Both the position numbers and the translations under genes were made by a program. A model generated the notes under the pieces. It was not told the origin of the DNA. It did not search any database and saw only the letters and a program-made list of their open reading frames with translations. 64,000 nt of DNA from Octopus bimaculoides (lineage: Eukaryota), in the NCBI RefSeq assembly GCF_001194135.2, contig NC_068981.1, forward strand, positions 76,758,049 through 76,822,048, given 5' to 3'. Shown here piece by piece: positions 25,953 to 38,538 of the stretch (its first letter is position 1; the number at the start of each line of letters is the position of its first letter).

Positions 25953-27980
25953 CTGTGTGTGTGTGTGTATCAGAATCTTTTAAGCAAACCTTTCAAGCAA
26001 ATCCCACTTGTAATTTGAAGCTTACAAGTGAGCTGGAAATTAAATGTTTAGTAGTAAATCGCATCCTGCTTTATTAAAGCAATGGTTGTTTGCGTTCAAA
26101 TCTTTGCCAATGAGGTGACGTCCTTTATTTTTATTAAGCAAGTGTTTTCTCTTTTTTAAAAAAAGGTGGACAGGCGAATATTTGTTTATTTTAGAACGTG
26201 GTCTATTCCTGACGGATATTCATTTAATCTCTTCGTTTTCATTTTCATTTATTTCAATAGTGTTTATCCTTTTTGAATCAAGCGATGTTTCTTATCGTTT
26301 ACTTATAAGTATTCCAATTTGTGAGTTTTAATTTTCTTCTTGTGTTTTCTATCTATATGTTTATGATTGTATTCTGTGTAGAAATATGATTCTATATTAT
26401 CAGATATCGTTAGATTATGTTTTTTGAGTGTTTTACACCATCGGAAATAATGATACCGCCTTGTATTTTCAAAATCATGATGATACCAGATAAGCAGCTG
26501 ATGATTGAATTTTCTGGTTATGTTTTATGCCCTTTCCGTTATCTAACTTATGTCTCTGCTCCTTGTTACCGTTCTATCTGATGTGCTTATTTTAATGTAC
26601 TTGAGGTAGCGCAGGTTCTTCTTGCTGTTCATTGGTACAGTGGGAATTAGGTGTCAAAAGTGATTTTAGACAATTAAGATAGTGCTTATAGCTTATCATG
26701 AGCATCTCATCGATATACAACACATATGGAGCATACAGATGTTAGAAAAAATATGGGAGGTAAACACAATATATGAGTTTATATAATTTGTATTATCTTT
26801 CATCGACAGAAAGTTATAAAGTGACTCAAAACTGAGAGTTTCGTGCATTCAGCCGCTATATCATTTTTGTAAATACCCGAAAATATTTTAATTAAAACTT
26901 TAGAAACAACAATTGTGATTCGAAATAGAAAAAAGCGTATGTACAAAAAATTTGGTTCTACCGGATGTTGCTTACAGTGATGGATGTCCTAAACAGAGAG
27001 GGGAAAATTTTAGGATGAAACAGCTTAATTGAACCAAGCAAAATGTATTATTGACGCAAATTACACATATATAAGTAAAATGAACTCAACCTGAACGTAT
27101 ACATGTTAAAATACTGTAACTTTTAAAATGCCTGGAAAGAAAGTTTTAGCCATGCTAAGCTGTACAATGAGAATATCTCATAACATAAAAATATTCCGAT
27201 CATATTATTCATTACAAAATATGATTAGTGAAAAGTTGTATCTTTAAAAACATATTTAAATAAACACATCTATTAAAAATACCCCGGAACAGGAGAGTGC
27301 ATTTAATTATCTTGCAAAGAGTCTTTATATATGATATGTTGTACACAGAGATAAATATAAACATGCGTATTTTAAATAACAATGTGTTATTGAACATCTT
27401 TTATTATGAATAATGCGTGTGTATTTTTGTAAATTAACAGTCATTGCTGAGAGCAATTTTTCTATATCTTATAGAAAGGTATTATTTAATGTGAATGAAA
27501 CTTTGCATTCTTTGAAAATATTTTAGATAAATCAGGATCAACAAATGCAAGGTAACAAACGCAATCGAAATAAAAATTACACGTGTGTAAAAATAGTGTT
27601 GAGCAATTAATTCTGTAAAAAGGGAAGAGCATAAGTATGGATTATAGGATTTTAAACAGGGCTACTTACCTATATTTAGAGGAAATTATATATAAAAACA
27701 ACATACAGAATACAGCATTAGTGAGAAGATAGAAAAGAAATATTAGTTTTACTACTCCAGAAAAACAAGGCTTAGATGTATTAAGATGTACAGAAAAGAA
27801 AATATGCAGTATTCATTACAAACTATGGTTAGTGATACGTGTGTGCTTACGTGTGTGCTTACGTGTGTGCTTACGTGTGTGTCCCTGTATGTGTGCGCAG
27901 GTGCTTGCATGCAAATAAGCGAATTCACACAAGAAACCATGCAGATTTAATCACAAATACATATACATAAACATATATGA

Positions 27981-28033
<53 letters not shown>

Positions 28034-28088
28034 TATGTATACATATGTGTATGTGTATATTTGTGTGTGTGTGTATAATGAACAAGTT

Positions 28089-28580
28089 TATGGTAAATAA
28101 AGAAACGACATAACGTATACCGAATGTAAAATCGAACGGGTGCTGCTGTCACGTGAACCGTGGCCAGTTCCTCTTTTCTTTTCTTCCTTATTCCTTTCCC
28201 GTAGCTCACCAGTCACAAATTCTCTGTTTCTCCATCTCCATCCTTCAAGATATTGTCTATGCGTTACCCACTACTCTCGTCTCCTTGACCTCAAGGCCGT
28301 ATTTTGTTCGACTGTTATTCCTTGTCCGCCGCCCTAAATTACAGTCTGTGTTGTTTTGTTTGTTTTGTTTTGTTTGCTCTCGTCCCTAATTCTCTGCAAG
28401 AAAACTATTTTTGCGGGCAACGCCAATTGCGAAGTGCTCAGTCTTATCGTTAAAGACGCGAAACTGAATATTGCCAATTGGTCGATAACTGATGAAGAAT
28501 TACGGACCCTCTGTTTCTCTCCCGTTCGTTTTTACGTTCAGTATACGTTATGTCGTTTGTCTATTTACCATATATTTTTT
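28089..28580 (+). mobile_element. Family A repeat with a 52-bp inverted terminus (28089-28140 versus 28521-28572)
   Basis: Body aligns with the reverse complement of 60371-60840; carries CGAAAC (28459) and CTGATGA (28489). Confidence 0.7.
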
Positions 28581-28624
28581 TTTCATTTACTAACGCAACA
28601 CACACCGAATTTGTATTATATTAC

Positions 28625-28688
<64 letters not shown>

Positions 28689-29364
28689 ACACACACATAC
28701 ACACATATATTGCAATGAACCAGAAACCAAAGTGAAACAGTTGTCATACAAGGGTCACTCCTCAGACTAAACATAAAACGCGTATCTAGAGACAAAGAGA
28801 AAATACACCTTCAAAAGAGAACAAATATAAAAAGAATACTTGAATTCTGCAGGTTTAATGTAAAAGTTATCCCAGAGGGTCTTATAAACACTGGAACAAG
28901 AACAGTTGAAAACATAATTAGAGGTGTAACCAAGACATCATTTCCACTACAGCAAATAATAAGAAAAGGGAGACAACCGGAGAAATACTGTAAAGCATGT
29001 TTTAAATACCTTATCCAAGTAGGATAGTGTCTGTTCAAATATAATCTGTAAACTATATTAAAAAAAACATGCCGCTAGAAAAATGCACGACGCCGACAAA
29101 TTCCTATGACAATGTACGAACAAATATGCAGGTTTGTACTTTCTTATAATCAGGCATTTACGCACGAGCACGGTTTATGTTGGTGCATAAAGCAATACAC
29201 GAATACAAAATAGATTTGCACAGAAACGATATACACTCACCAGAGTATACTAATCAACATTCATTGCATATCAGAAATACACTTAATCACAAATGCAAAA
29301 CTGTTGCTTATATACATGCATATATACTTTTATGTATATGTCTTTATATGTGTGTATGAAGATA

Positions 29365-29407
<43 letters not shown>

Positions 29408-29446
29408 ATATATATATATATATATGTATGCACACACACACATATG

Positions 29447-29490
<44 letters not shown>

Positions 29491-29569
29491 TATGTACAAT
29501 ATATACATACATATGTATATATATCATCTATTATATATTGTATGAATAGTAGCGAGATAGATAATTAGC

Positions 29570-29573
29570 TAAC

Positions 29574-29631
<58 letters not shown>

Positions 29632-29645
29632 TATAGATAGATAGG
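29570..29645. repeat. (AGAT)n microsatellite (others at 42538-42622, 53790-53880, 58750-58805)
   Basis: Direct reading. Confidence 0.95.
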
Positions 29646-30247
29646 AGCACGTATTTTAAAGACGATTTGGAAATATATATTTTTGTTGAAATACTGCCTC
29701 TTAATTTTCACCTAAAAAAAAGCTTCTACGAATTGTGGACAATATGATGTATATAAAAGTTACAAAACGTCTAAAACAATATTACTTCTTACATGATCAC
29801 GACTTACTAATGACATGCTTGTGCACAAAATTCATGTTGTCACTGACAACAATTTGTTACATGTTGAACAGTGTATTTATTAAATGAAAAATATGTAAAT
29901 GAAACATTATATAAAAGTTGTAACATTGAAGATATTGTAATATAATATAGATTATGAATGATTATTAAGTACCCAATATTGAAATATAAAATTTTCCTTC
30001 GATAAACATGTCTACTAAAAAGCCTACAATAGATTCTGTGTAATGATCATTTACATTTAAAACATGCTGCGAAATTTAAAGTATATGTGTGGAAATCGAC
30101 ATATTTCAATAAAAGTTGCTATATAAATCACAAAGAAACATTAAAATATATTAAATAGATTAATCAAATGCACACACAGAGAAACACACTCAAGTATGTA
30201 TATGTATATATATACATACGCATATATATATATATATGTCTCTGTAT

Positions 30248-30284
30248 TCTTTCTGTTGAAGAGCGTAGCTCGAAACGTCAAAGA
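30248..30284 (+). ncRNA. Ultra-minimal hammerhead-like motif with A6U substitution
   Basis: UCUUU-CUGUUGA-A-GAGC GUA GCUC-GAAAC-GUC-AAAGA; stems I and II pair perfectly and stem III is the palindrome ACGU. Confidence 0.55.
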
Positions 30285-30387
30285 CTTTCCGTATTCCCGA
30301 GCGTCATACTAATATATACTTTTGTTATTTACACCACCTGTCCTCGTCTGTTGTTATTATTTGTATATTCTCCCATATATATATGTA

Positions 30388-30435
<48 letters not shown>

Positions 30436-30436
30436 T

Positions 30437-31090
30437 AATTATCTGCATAATTATAACAAAGGATTGGCTATAAGCCTCACGACACGCTAGAAATAGGCGC
30501 CAAAGACGCTAATACCACCTCAAAAGCTCAAAAGATAAACCACGGGTTGTCGTCGAGCAAAAGAAAGATAATGAATTTTGGTTAAACATTTACAAGATAC
30601 CGTTTCAAGTTTAAGGTAAAAAAAAATACTACCTACTGCTACCTTAAGCAACGGTACTCCGTAGCATAAATTCACGAGTTTCTACACGTACATGTACGAG
30701 CAGCGACTTCGTACAGCAATATATATACACACTCGTAAGAATACGCAGTAAAGTAGAATTCCCATCTTTCGTTTCAGCCACGTGCAATATATCAAAATAA
30801 CTCTGCAGTGAATGCAGCTTTGATCAAGGAGTAAATATTTCAAATAATAATTATAATAACAGGTAAAAATCATTAATGATTTTACCAAAGGGTCAGCACG
30901 GATATAAAAACCTCATAGGTGAATTTTACAAATAGCATAATAATTATATACGCATGGAGAGGCTTATAGCTAATCCCTTGTTATAATTATGTATATAATT
31001 AGTATAACATTTGTAAAATTCACCAATATGGTTTTATTTCCGCGCTGACCCCTAAATAAAATCATTAATGATTTTTGCCTTTTATTATAA
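30437..31090. repeat. Two interlocking inverted repeats
   Basis: A 30437-30478 pairs with A' 30959-31000 (42 bp, 4 mismatches); B 30851-30933 pairs with B' 31009-31090. Confidence 0.85.
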
Positions 31091-31099
31091 TTTTTATAA

Positions 31100-31200
31100 A
31101 GTTTTACGTGACTGTTGGTCAGACAGTTATGATAATACAATATATAAAATTTCCTTTGTCTGTATTATCATAATTGTCTGACAAACAGTCACGTAAAACT
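31100..31200. repeat. 40-bp-stem hairpin
   Basis: 31100-31139 is the reverse complement of 31161-31200 apart from one mismatch and one G-U; 21-nt loop. Confidence 0.9.
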
Positions 31201-32924
31201 CTTAAAGGTCTTACAGCTTTAAAAAAATGAGACAGTATATATACAGTTGATTACCTTTGCATGTCTAAGATTTATTTTTTGGGGATGCTAAGAGATTCGG
31301 CTCATAATCATCTACTTATTCAGTGTCTGTTCTATATACTTATATTTAGAATATTCCTCCTAAACATAATTAGCCATTTCATCAAATCAAAATTGAATTA
31401 TATCCTCCTAGTTTTACATATTTATTAGCAAAAATCATCCTCCTGACCAATTTTTTACGAACACACGTTTTTGATGTTTTTCCTTAGACACTATTGATCA
31501 CAATTTACTTTAAATATTCAGAAATAAAACAAAATGTCCTACTAATTTAATAATACTAATATCTAAGATTCACAAATAACTTCTGGTAAATATTGACAGC
31601 CGTTATGCATGCATATTAATATAACACCATCCTGTATAAAACAGTATTTTAAAATGTGAACATTTTATGTGCAAGGACATTTGGCATGAATATTAAGAGC
31701 CATTGTTTCATAAAATATATAAATTTCTGGATTAATTTTAATGCATAATTTTATAAGTAAATACTTATACTTACATTTTGCCTAATGAAATTTTGTAATG
31801 GATATATTTCTGAAATCTTAGATGGTACGGATGTCTCATCTTACATCTGTCTTAACACGTCTAAGATTTTATATTCCCGTATACCAAGTGCTACATGACT
31901 TAAATGTACTAGCTCAATTTGAATAATTTTCATTAACCATAATTAATAAGCCATTTTGAAAATTAGTCTAACTCATCCTCTCCTCCCTCCACCAAATCTC
32001 TTCGCTTTCACAAATGAATAGAATGTCGTTCTCTACAGACAACTATTACGTATTCGCTTTTGCTTCTCTTTCAAATTACACCAGCTGCTATTGATTCTAA
32101 TTTACTTAACATATTCTCAACCAAAAACAAGAATACTTTTCCATTTACAAATATATTCTGTATAATTTTTTACCACCTTTTCATTATTATCCATATTTAC
32201 GTTTTGTTAATAAAATTACAAGCAATCGGCAGCATTGTAAAACTTACCACATTCTAGTTAATTTATGTTATCTGCTTTATATGAATCATTGTGAGTCTAT
32301 GTATATATATATATATNNNNNNNNNNNNNNNNNNNNNNNNNNNNNNNNNNNNNNNNNNNNNNNNNNNNNNNNNNNNNNNNNNNNNNNNNNNNNNNNNNNN
32401 NNNNNNNNNNNNNNNNNNNNNNNNNNNNNNNNNNNNNNNNNNNNNNNNNNNNNNNNNNNNNNNNNNNNNNNNNNNNNNNNNNNNNNNNNNNNNNNNNNNN
32501 NNNNNNNNNNNNNNNNNNNNNNNNNNNNNNNNNNNNNNNNNNNNNNNNNNNNNNNNNNNNNNNNNNNNNNNNNNNNNNNNNNNNNNNNNNNNNNNNNNNN
32601 NNNNNNNNNNNNNNNNNNNNNNNNNNNNNNNNNNNNNNNNNNNNNNNNNNNNNNNNNNNNNNNNNNNNNNNNNNNNNNNNNNNNNNNNNNNNNNNNNNNN
32701 NNNNNNNNNNNNNNNNNNNNNNNNNNNNNNNNNNNNNNNNNNNNNNNNNNNNNNNNNNNNNNNNNNNNNNNNNNNNNNNNNNNNNNNNNNNNNNNNNNNN
32801 NNNNNTTTATTTATATATATACATATGAATATATATATATATATACGTATATACATATATCATATACATACACATATACGCACACACACACACACATACA
32901 CACACACACATATATATATATATG

Positions 32925-32963
<39 letters not shown>

Positions 32964-33424
32964 GAACACATGGTATTTCCATTTACGAATATATGTATAA
33001 ATCTAACATCTTGTTTTTACCTTGATCATCACAATCTTAGTCCTTTTAACAGATCTGATAAACGCAATAATAAGTTTATCTTCTTTATTTCCGGTTTGTT
33101 TTTAATGTTATCTGTGTATATTATCCTTTATGACGTCTATTACATCATTGTATAATATAATCGCTTCCAATGATAACGTCTTACTACAGCAATCAAGAAG
33201 TGATGCTATTTAGAAATTGCTATGGCGAGTTCACAAATTATATCATAAATGCTATGTTTAAACTCATAACATCTTTCTTAAGATACTCTCAAATATATCC
33301 CTCGAGCTAAAATTCGTTCTTGGTCTCAAATCATCCACAATCACCCTCAATTATCAGGATTTTATATCATTAAGCATTAATTAATTACACTCTGCAAAAT
33401 AAACTCGAGCTAGGGGAATCTTAA

Positions 33425-33605
33425 TCGCATCAGCCAACATGCTTAGTGTTATTTCTCCCGCCCTTTTACGTTCAGAGCTCAAATTCCACTCATATCAACC
33501 TTAACCTCCATCTGGATGTTCGATAAAATATTGCACCAGTCATTAACAGCGTTCAACATCATCGTCTAACACCCTCTCCTCCAAATCTGCTGGCTTTGTG
33601 CTAAA
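33425..33605 (+). mobile_element. Degraded SINE family 2 copy
   Basis: atgcttagtgttatttct...tttacgttcagagctcaaattcc...gtcgataaa-like core and tgctggctttgtgctaaaatt 3' end. Confidence 0.6.
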
Positions 33606-34286
33606 ATTTAAAGCAGTTTTTATATAAACCATAGAAGAAATAATTTGAATATTAATTAAGCTACGTATTGTGTATATATGTTATTTGATTTTGATTTAGA
33701 ATTTTATGGAATTTTAAATGAAATTAAAATTGTTTACGCTTTGTTGTGCATAAGAAGGATATTGTTATGCTGTTTAGAGAATGACAGACAGTCACAAATA
33801 TTCGATTCACGCTATGCCCCGCGATTCTAGTGTAATTTTTGACTATTTAACAAATGATTCCTTCTACTTATCGAGGGAAGAAATAATTTGCTAATTCTCT
33901 GAGAAACCGAAAACAACCTGTGTAAAGCTACATCATGTGATTCCTTCTCACTTTTCCCCAGAAATGAACAGCACAGACAGAACGTGTTTATATTCTCATT
34001 TTATCGACAGTGAGTCTTGTATTGTTTAAATATATTTCTGTTCCGCTGATTCAAGCTGTATATTATTTAAGTCATTTGGGACACAAATATACAAATGAGG
34101 CTATTTATTTCAGCATCAGCCCAGTTTTTGACAGCATTAAATGGTAGTGAATCTTTGCTACTGACAGGGGACAAAACCAGCTGCATCTTCTCTGAGAAGA
34201 GCTCAACGAACCATTAGTGACATGAAAAGAAAGTGTTTGTACACTTATTTATACAACAGTTAGGCTTCGTAATATTTAATGAGACG

Positions 34287-34332
<46 letters not shown>

Positions 34333-35514
34333 TACATACACGCACATCTATCCACGCGCACACACACATCTATATATGGTATCACAAAAGAAAAACACAG
34401 TAATCACTTCTAAAACTTTAATATACTTAGCACTATACTATGTCCCTACCGGTATTATATATATATATAAATCCCAAAAACTGAGCAGAACGTAACGGAC
34501 GACTATAAAAACATACGGACAGATGGACGATGTAAAGACGGACAGGAAAACCAGGATGGAACATTCGTAGCTTTCTATTTATCAGACAAGATTCCAACCA
34601 TCACTACACTTTCGGCCTGTTACACTTGAGACTGTTCAAAATTGGTAGGTCCCAAAAATCTAAGCTAAGGGCATTAAATGTTTGGAATAAAGCGAACGAA
34701 AATGTGCGACAACACGGACAAAGGAAAAAAAGAAAAAATGAGAAAATGGAGAAAATGTTACATGATTACAAATACAAACAGCAAGGATAACAACAGGTGT
34801 CTTTTGACTAAAAGGACGAGTTAAGTTAAACTGGCGGTTGAAGTGGAAGCCTTGCGGCAACAAACATAGATGCAAGTCAGAGGAGACAGGAATATAAGGT
34901 GTTGTGCGAGCGACGGTCAGGCCAAGAAAGGGAGATCATACTTGGCCGAGCACTGATCACGTTGGAAGAACGGAGAGAAGTCGGGAGCAGAGGGACTGAA
35001 GAAATAGGGAAGGAACTAGAGAGAGTGAGAGAGAGGGAGAGAGAGAGAGAGAGAGAGAGAAAGAGGGAGAGAGAGAGAGAGAGAGAGGAATGGACACAGG
35101 GAAAGATACAAGGGAGATAACAGAGGAAAGTAGAGTGATTAAAGAAAGACAATGCCAAGAAATGTGAGAGAGGCGGAGAGAGAAAAAGAAAAGTACGAAG
35201 AAAGAAGAAAGTCGTACACAATTTAGATATGTACTTACTTACAAGCTCAGCAAAAGATGTACATACGCCGATCTATATATATAAATCCCCCGAAACTAAA
35301 CGGAACAAGAACGTATGTATGTATATATGTGTGAGAAAGTTGGTATGTGAAAGCACGTCGTTGGATGTATAATAGATAAACAAGAGTGAAAAAACTACAG
35401 AAGGCTTGTGTTACATGGTTAAAGTATATATTTAAATTATGTCAGGAAAATGTTATCAAATTTTTTGGTATCTAAACATTGTATTTGGAGAAATAACCGG
35501 TTTCGTAATGTATT

Positions 35515-36105
35515 GTAAAGTTTATTTGCCAACAGAACGTGGTGGTCTTATAAAGGACGATGTTACCGTTGTTTAAGCCCCAGGAAAACATCTTTTCCAC
35601 CTGCTCTCGAAACACGGTCTGTGTCCGTATAGTGTTTGCAGGAGAGCTCATCGTTCCCATATCCATTCTTACGTAATAATCACAGAGCATGGTTTCTGGA
35701 TGGTTACCCGATCACAGTGTCTGTTGATGAAAGCTTTCTCCACTTGAAAATACTATATATTCTTTAAGCGACACCCAGTCGCTGATCTTGTATAGAGAAA
35801 ACGACTTGTTTTAAATCGCTCAGCGAGAGATATGCAGTAACAGTTCTGAATAGTAAAGTTTATTTGCCAACAGAACTTGGCGGTCCCATAAAGGACGATG
35901 TTACTGTTGTTTAAGCCTCAGGAAAACATCTTGTCCAGCTGGCTATCGACACATAGTCTGTGTCCGTATAATGTTTGCAAAGGAGGACATCGCTCCCGTC
36001 TCTAGCCTTATCTGATACTCACAGACTATGATTTGTGGGTGGTTACCCGTCCTCAGTGTCCTACAATCACTGGCTGCTGATGAAAGCTTTATCCTGATGT
36101 GAAAC
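35515..36105 (+). repeat. Tandem dimer of a ~240-bp interspersed element (35515-35750 and 35853-36105)
   Basis: Both start gtaaagtttatttgccaacagaac and share aaaggacgatgttac.gttgtttaagcc.caggaaaacatctt, gtctgtgtccgtata, tggttaccc and tgatgaaagcttt. Confidence 0.85.
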
Positions 36106-36369
36106 TGTATGTTTAAACAGGTATTGTTTTATTTTCGGGATGATCATGTGTAAGTATTTGTATGTGTGTTTGTGCATGTCTGTGTGCGCGCGTATGCATG
36201 TCTATGTGCCTTGCATGTGTGTTTACATTTGTGTATATATGTGTGCATATGGGATTGCCCATATATACACATATATAAGCACACATGCGAAACACATCCA
36301 CACGCACACGCGCACGTGTGCCCCCCCACACACACACGCAGTTACACACATGTATACACACAACCATAG

Positions 36370-36590
36370 TTACAAACACAGTCGCATGTGCAGAGAAGGA
36401 AATATATCATAGGACAGGATGGATTAAGTGGAGCAGGAATACACACGTGGACGAAAAGTGTCAGCGAAGAGGTCATAGCTGTGTGACGAACGATTTTCGG
36501 ACAATGGTCATAAGATACACTAAAAACAATAATAAACAAGTGAAGAAGAAATATATAGTGCTTGTGTTTATTTGGCAAAAAAGAAAAAAA
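36370..36590 (+). mobile_element. HHR-bearing short repeat, family B (copy 3), with decayed HHR at 36459-36503
   Basis: UGUCA-GCGAAGA-G-GUCAU AGCUGU GUGAC-GAACG-AUUUU-CGGACA; flanks align with 9380-9590. Confidence 0.6.
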
Positions 36591-37145
36591 ATAATAATGA
36601 CCACACTGAAATATAGGAATATTTTATAATACACAATTTTGACTTTTGCAGCCAAAAGTGTTTTACTTTATCTTTCTTTTTCGTAATGTATAAGAAGTCA
36701 TATTTAACCGATCTAGATCCGGTTTCTTTGATTTGAGCTTTCATCAAAATTTTATTTAGTAGTTAAATAGCTATGTCGCGTATGACATTTCCAGAACAGG
36801 GGACGTAACTTCAGTTTCTGATTTTTTGTTATTTGTCGATTGTGGTCTAAAGTAATTGATTTCTGTTTTTATAAGAAACGTGTTAACTATTATTAGAGAG
36901 TGTCACTCCTGTTACTTTTATAGTAGAGTTATTGTATCTGATATTTGTGCTGGTGTCTCTGTTCTGGTTACAATCGGTCTGAATCCAGTGCAATGAATAA
37001 GTGGACCAGTGATGTATTTCTAATTCTGTTTTGGTCACATGCTTATTCAAAGGGTTATTCTCACAGATACAGATTTACACGCACACACGCACCCCCCCCC
37101 CACACACACACATACATACATACGTAGAAACAAACAGAAACACGG

Positions 37146-37187
<42 letters not shown>

Positions 37188-37776
37188 CATACATTCACAC
37201 ACATGCATGCATTTATATATGTACACACCTACCATCACAAGTGCACACACACAAAGACATGTATACACTCATAGAGATACACACACATATATATATACAC
37301 AGACATCAACAGACGTACATGCATACATACATACAAATACATATTGTAAAATATGTACACATACATATACATATAAAAATATTCCTTGAATATTTATTGT
37401 ACAACTCTTACCCTATTTTTTTCCATCTCTACTCTTAATTTCTCATTCTGTCCTTGCTTGCTTCCCAAAAGTTTAATAACAGATCTAGCCCCTCCAAAAT
37501 TGAGTGCTTTCAGTGGTAATTGGCGCGAAACCAGCATAATATTTTGGTTTATTGACTGACAAGGAAAAATCAGCTGCGAATATTCCGTCTATTGTGTCTT
37601 TGCCGAAATTTCCCGTCTGTAAGTTTTTATCTAGTTTTCTATTTGCTTTGCTTTCGTCTAACTGTTCCTCTTTGTTGTCTTCTTTCTGTTGAACCCCTTA
37701 TATATATATATTCCTTTATTCTTTTACTTCTTTCAGTCACTTTACTGCAGCCATGCTGGAGCACCGCCTTGAAGTG

Positions 37777-37841
<65 letters not shown>

Positions 37842-37998
37842 CTGTGTGTATGTGTGTATGCTTATATACAGACGTATATACATATGTACACATACATATG
37901 CACATCTGCTTATGTATTTACATTTATATGCACACATGTATATACACATATATATACACCCATATATATAATGTAGATACATATACATATATATATAC

Positions 37999-38045
<47 letters not shown>

Positions 38046-38306
38046 NNNNNNNNNNNNNNNNNNNNNNNNNNNNNNNNNNNNNNNNNNNNNNNNNNNNNNN
38101 NNNNNNGCGCAATATGTTACAAAAACAAAATAAAAACTACACGTAGAAATGTAGGGGGAAAGTAAGAAGAAAAATAAGCGAAAATTCACATTGGAAATCA
38201 AAAATAGTAACGGCTTTTTATGAAAAGTAACGATAGATATATACAATTAGATGAACTGAGGTAGGAATAAAGGTAATAAAAGTCATTATTGTGAGTTGTT
38301 AAAGAG

Positions 38307-38354
38307 ATTCAAAAGCATACCGGTTTCGTAATGATTCTAATCATTGCTTTGAAT
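38307..38354 (-). ncRNA. Degenerate minimal hammerhead in the 3' terminal region of the PLE
   Basis: AUUCAAAGCA-AUGAUUA-GAAUCAUUAC-GAAAC-CG-GUA-UGCUUUUGAAU; 10-bp stem I and ACCGGU stem III, but CUGANGA is mutated. Confidence 0.5.
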
Positions 38355-38538
38355 GCACACCGATTACTGAACGGTGTCAGGTCTACTAGTCCCTGAGTAA
38401 AAAGATTATGTGTAAGGGAGGTAAGTAGTTCTGGATTTGGTGCAAATAGGGTAGATATAGATGTGTAATGTGAATGGTGTATGGGATGTATGGGGATTAG
38501 TGGTATGAATTGAAAGGTTAGTAGTGTTCTGTATTATG

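Noticed and set aside
27670-29038. Hydrophobic minus-strand ORFs (28811-29038; 27670-27770) as transporter exons
   Set aside because: They need weak splice sites (GTATTC donor, GAG or AAG acceptors), T-rich DNA readily yields hydrophobic frames, and no family was recognised.
34555-34590. Minus-strand CUGAUAA-AUAG-AAAG-CUAC-GAAUGU as an HHR
   Set aside because: Both core halves are mutated and there is no convincing stem I.
36077-36110. CUGAUGA...GAAAC-U-GUA in the tandem dimer
   Set aside because: No stem II or stem I pairing, and the sister copy lacks the motif.
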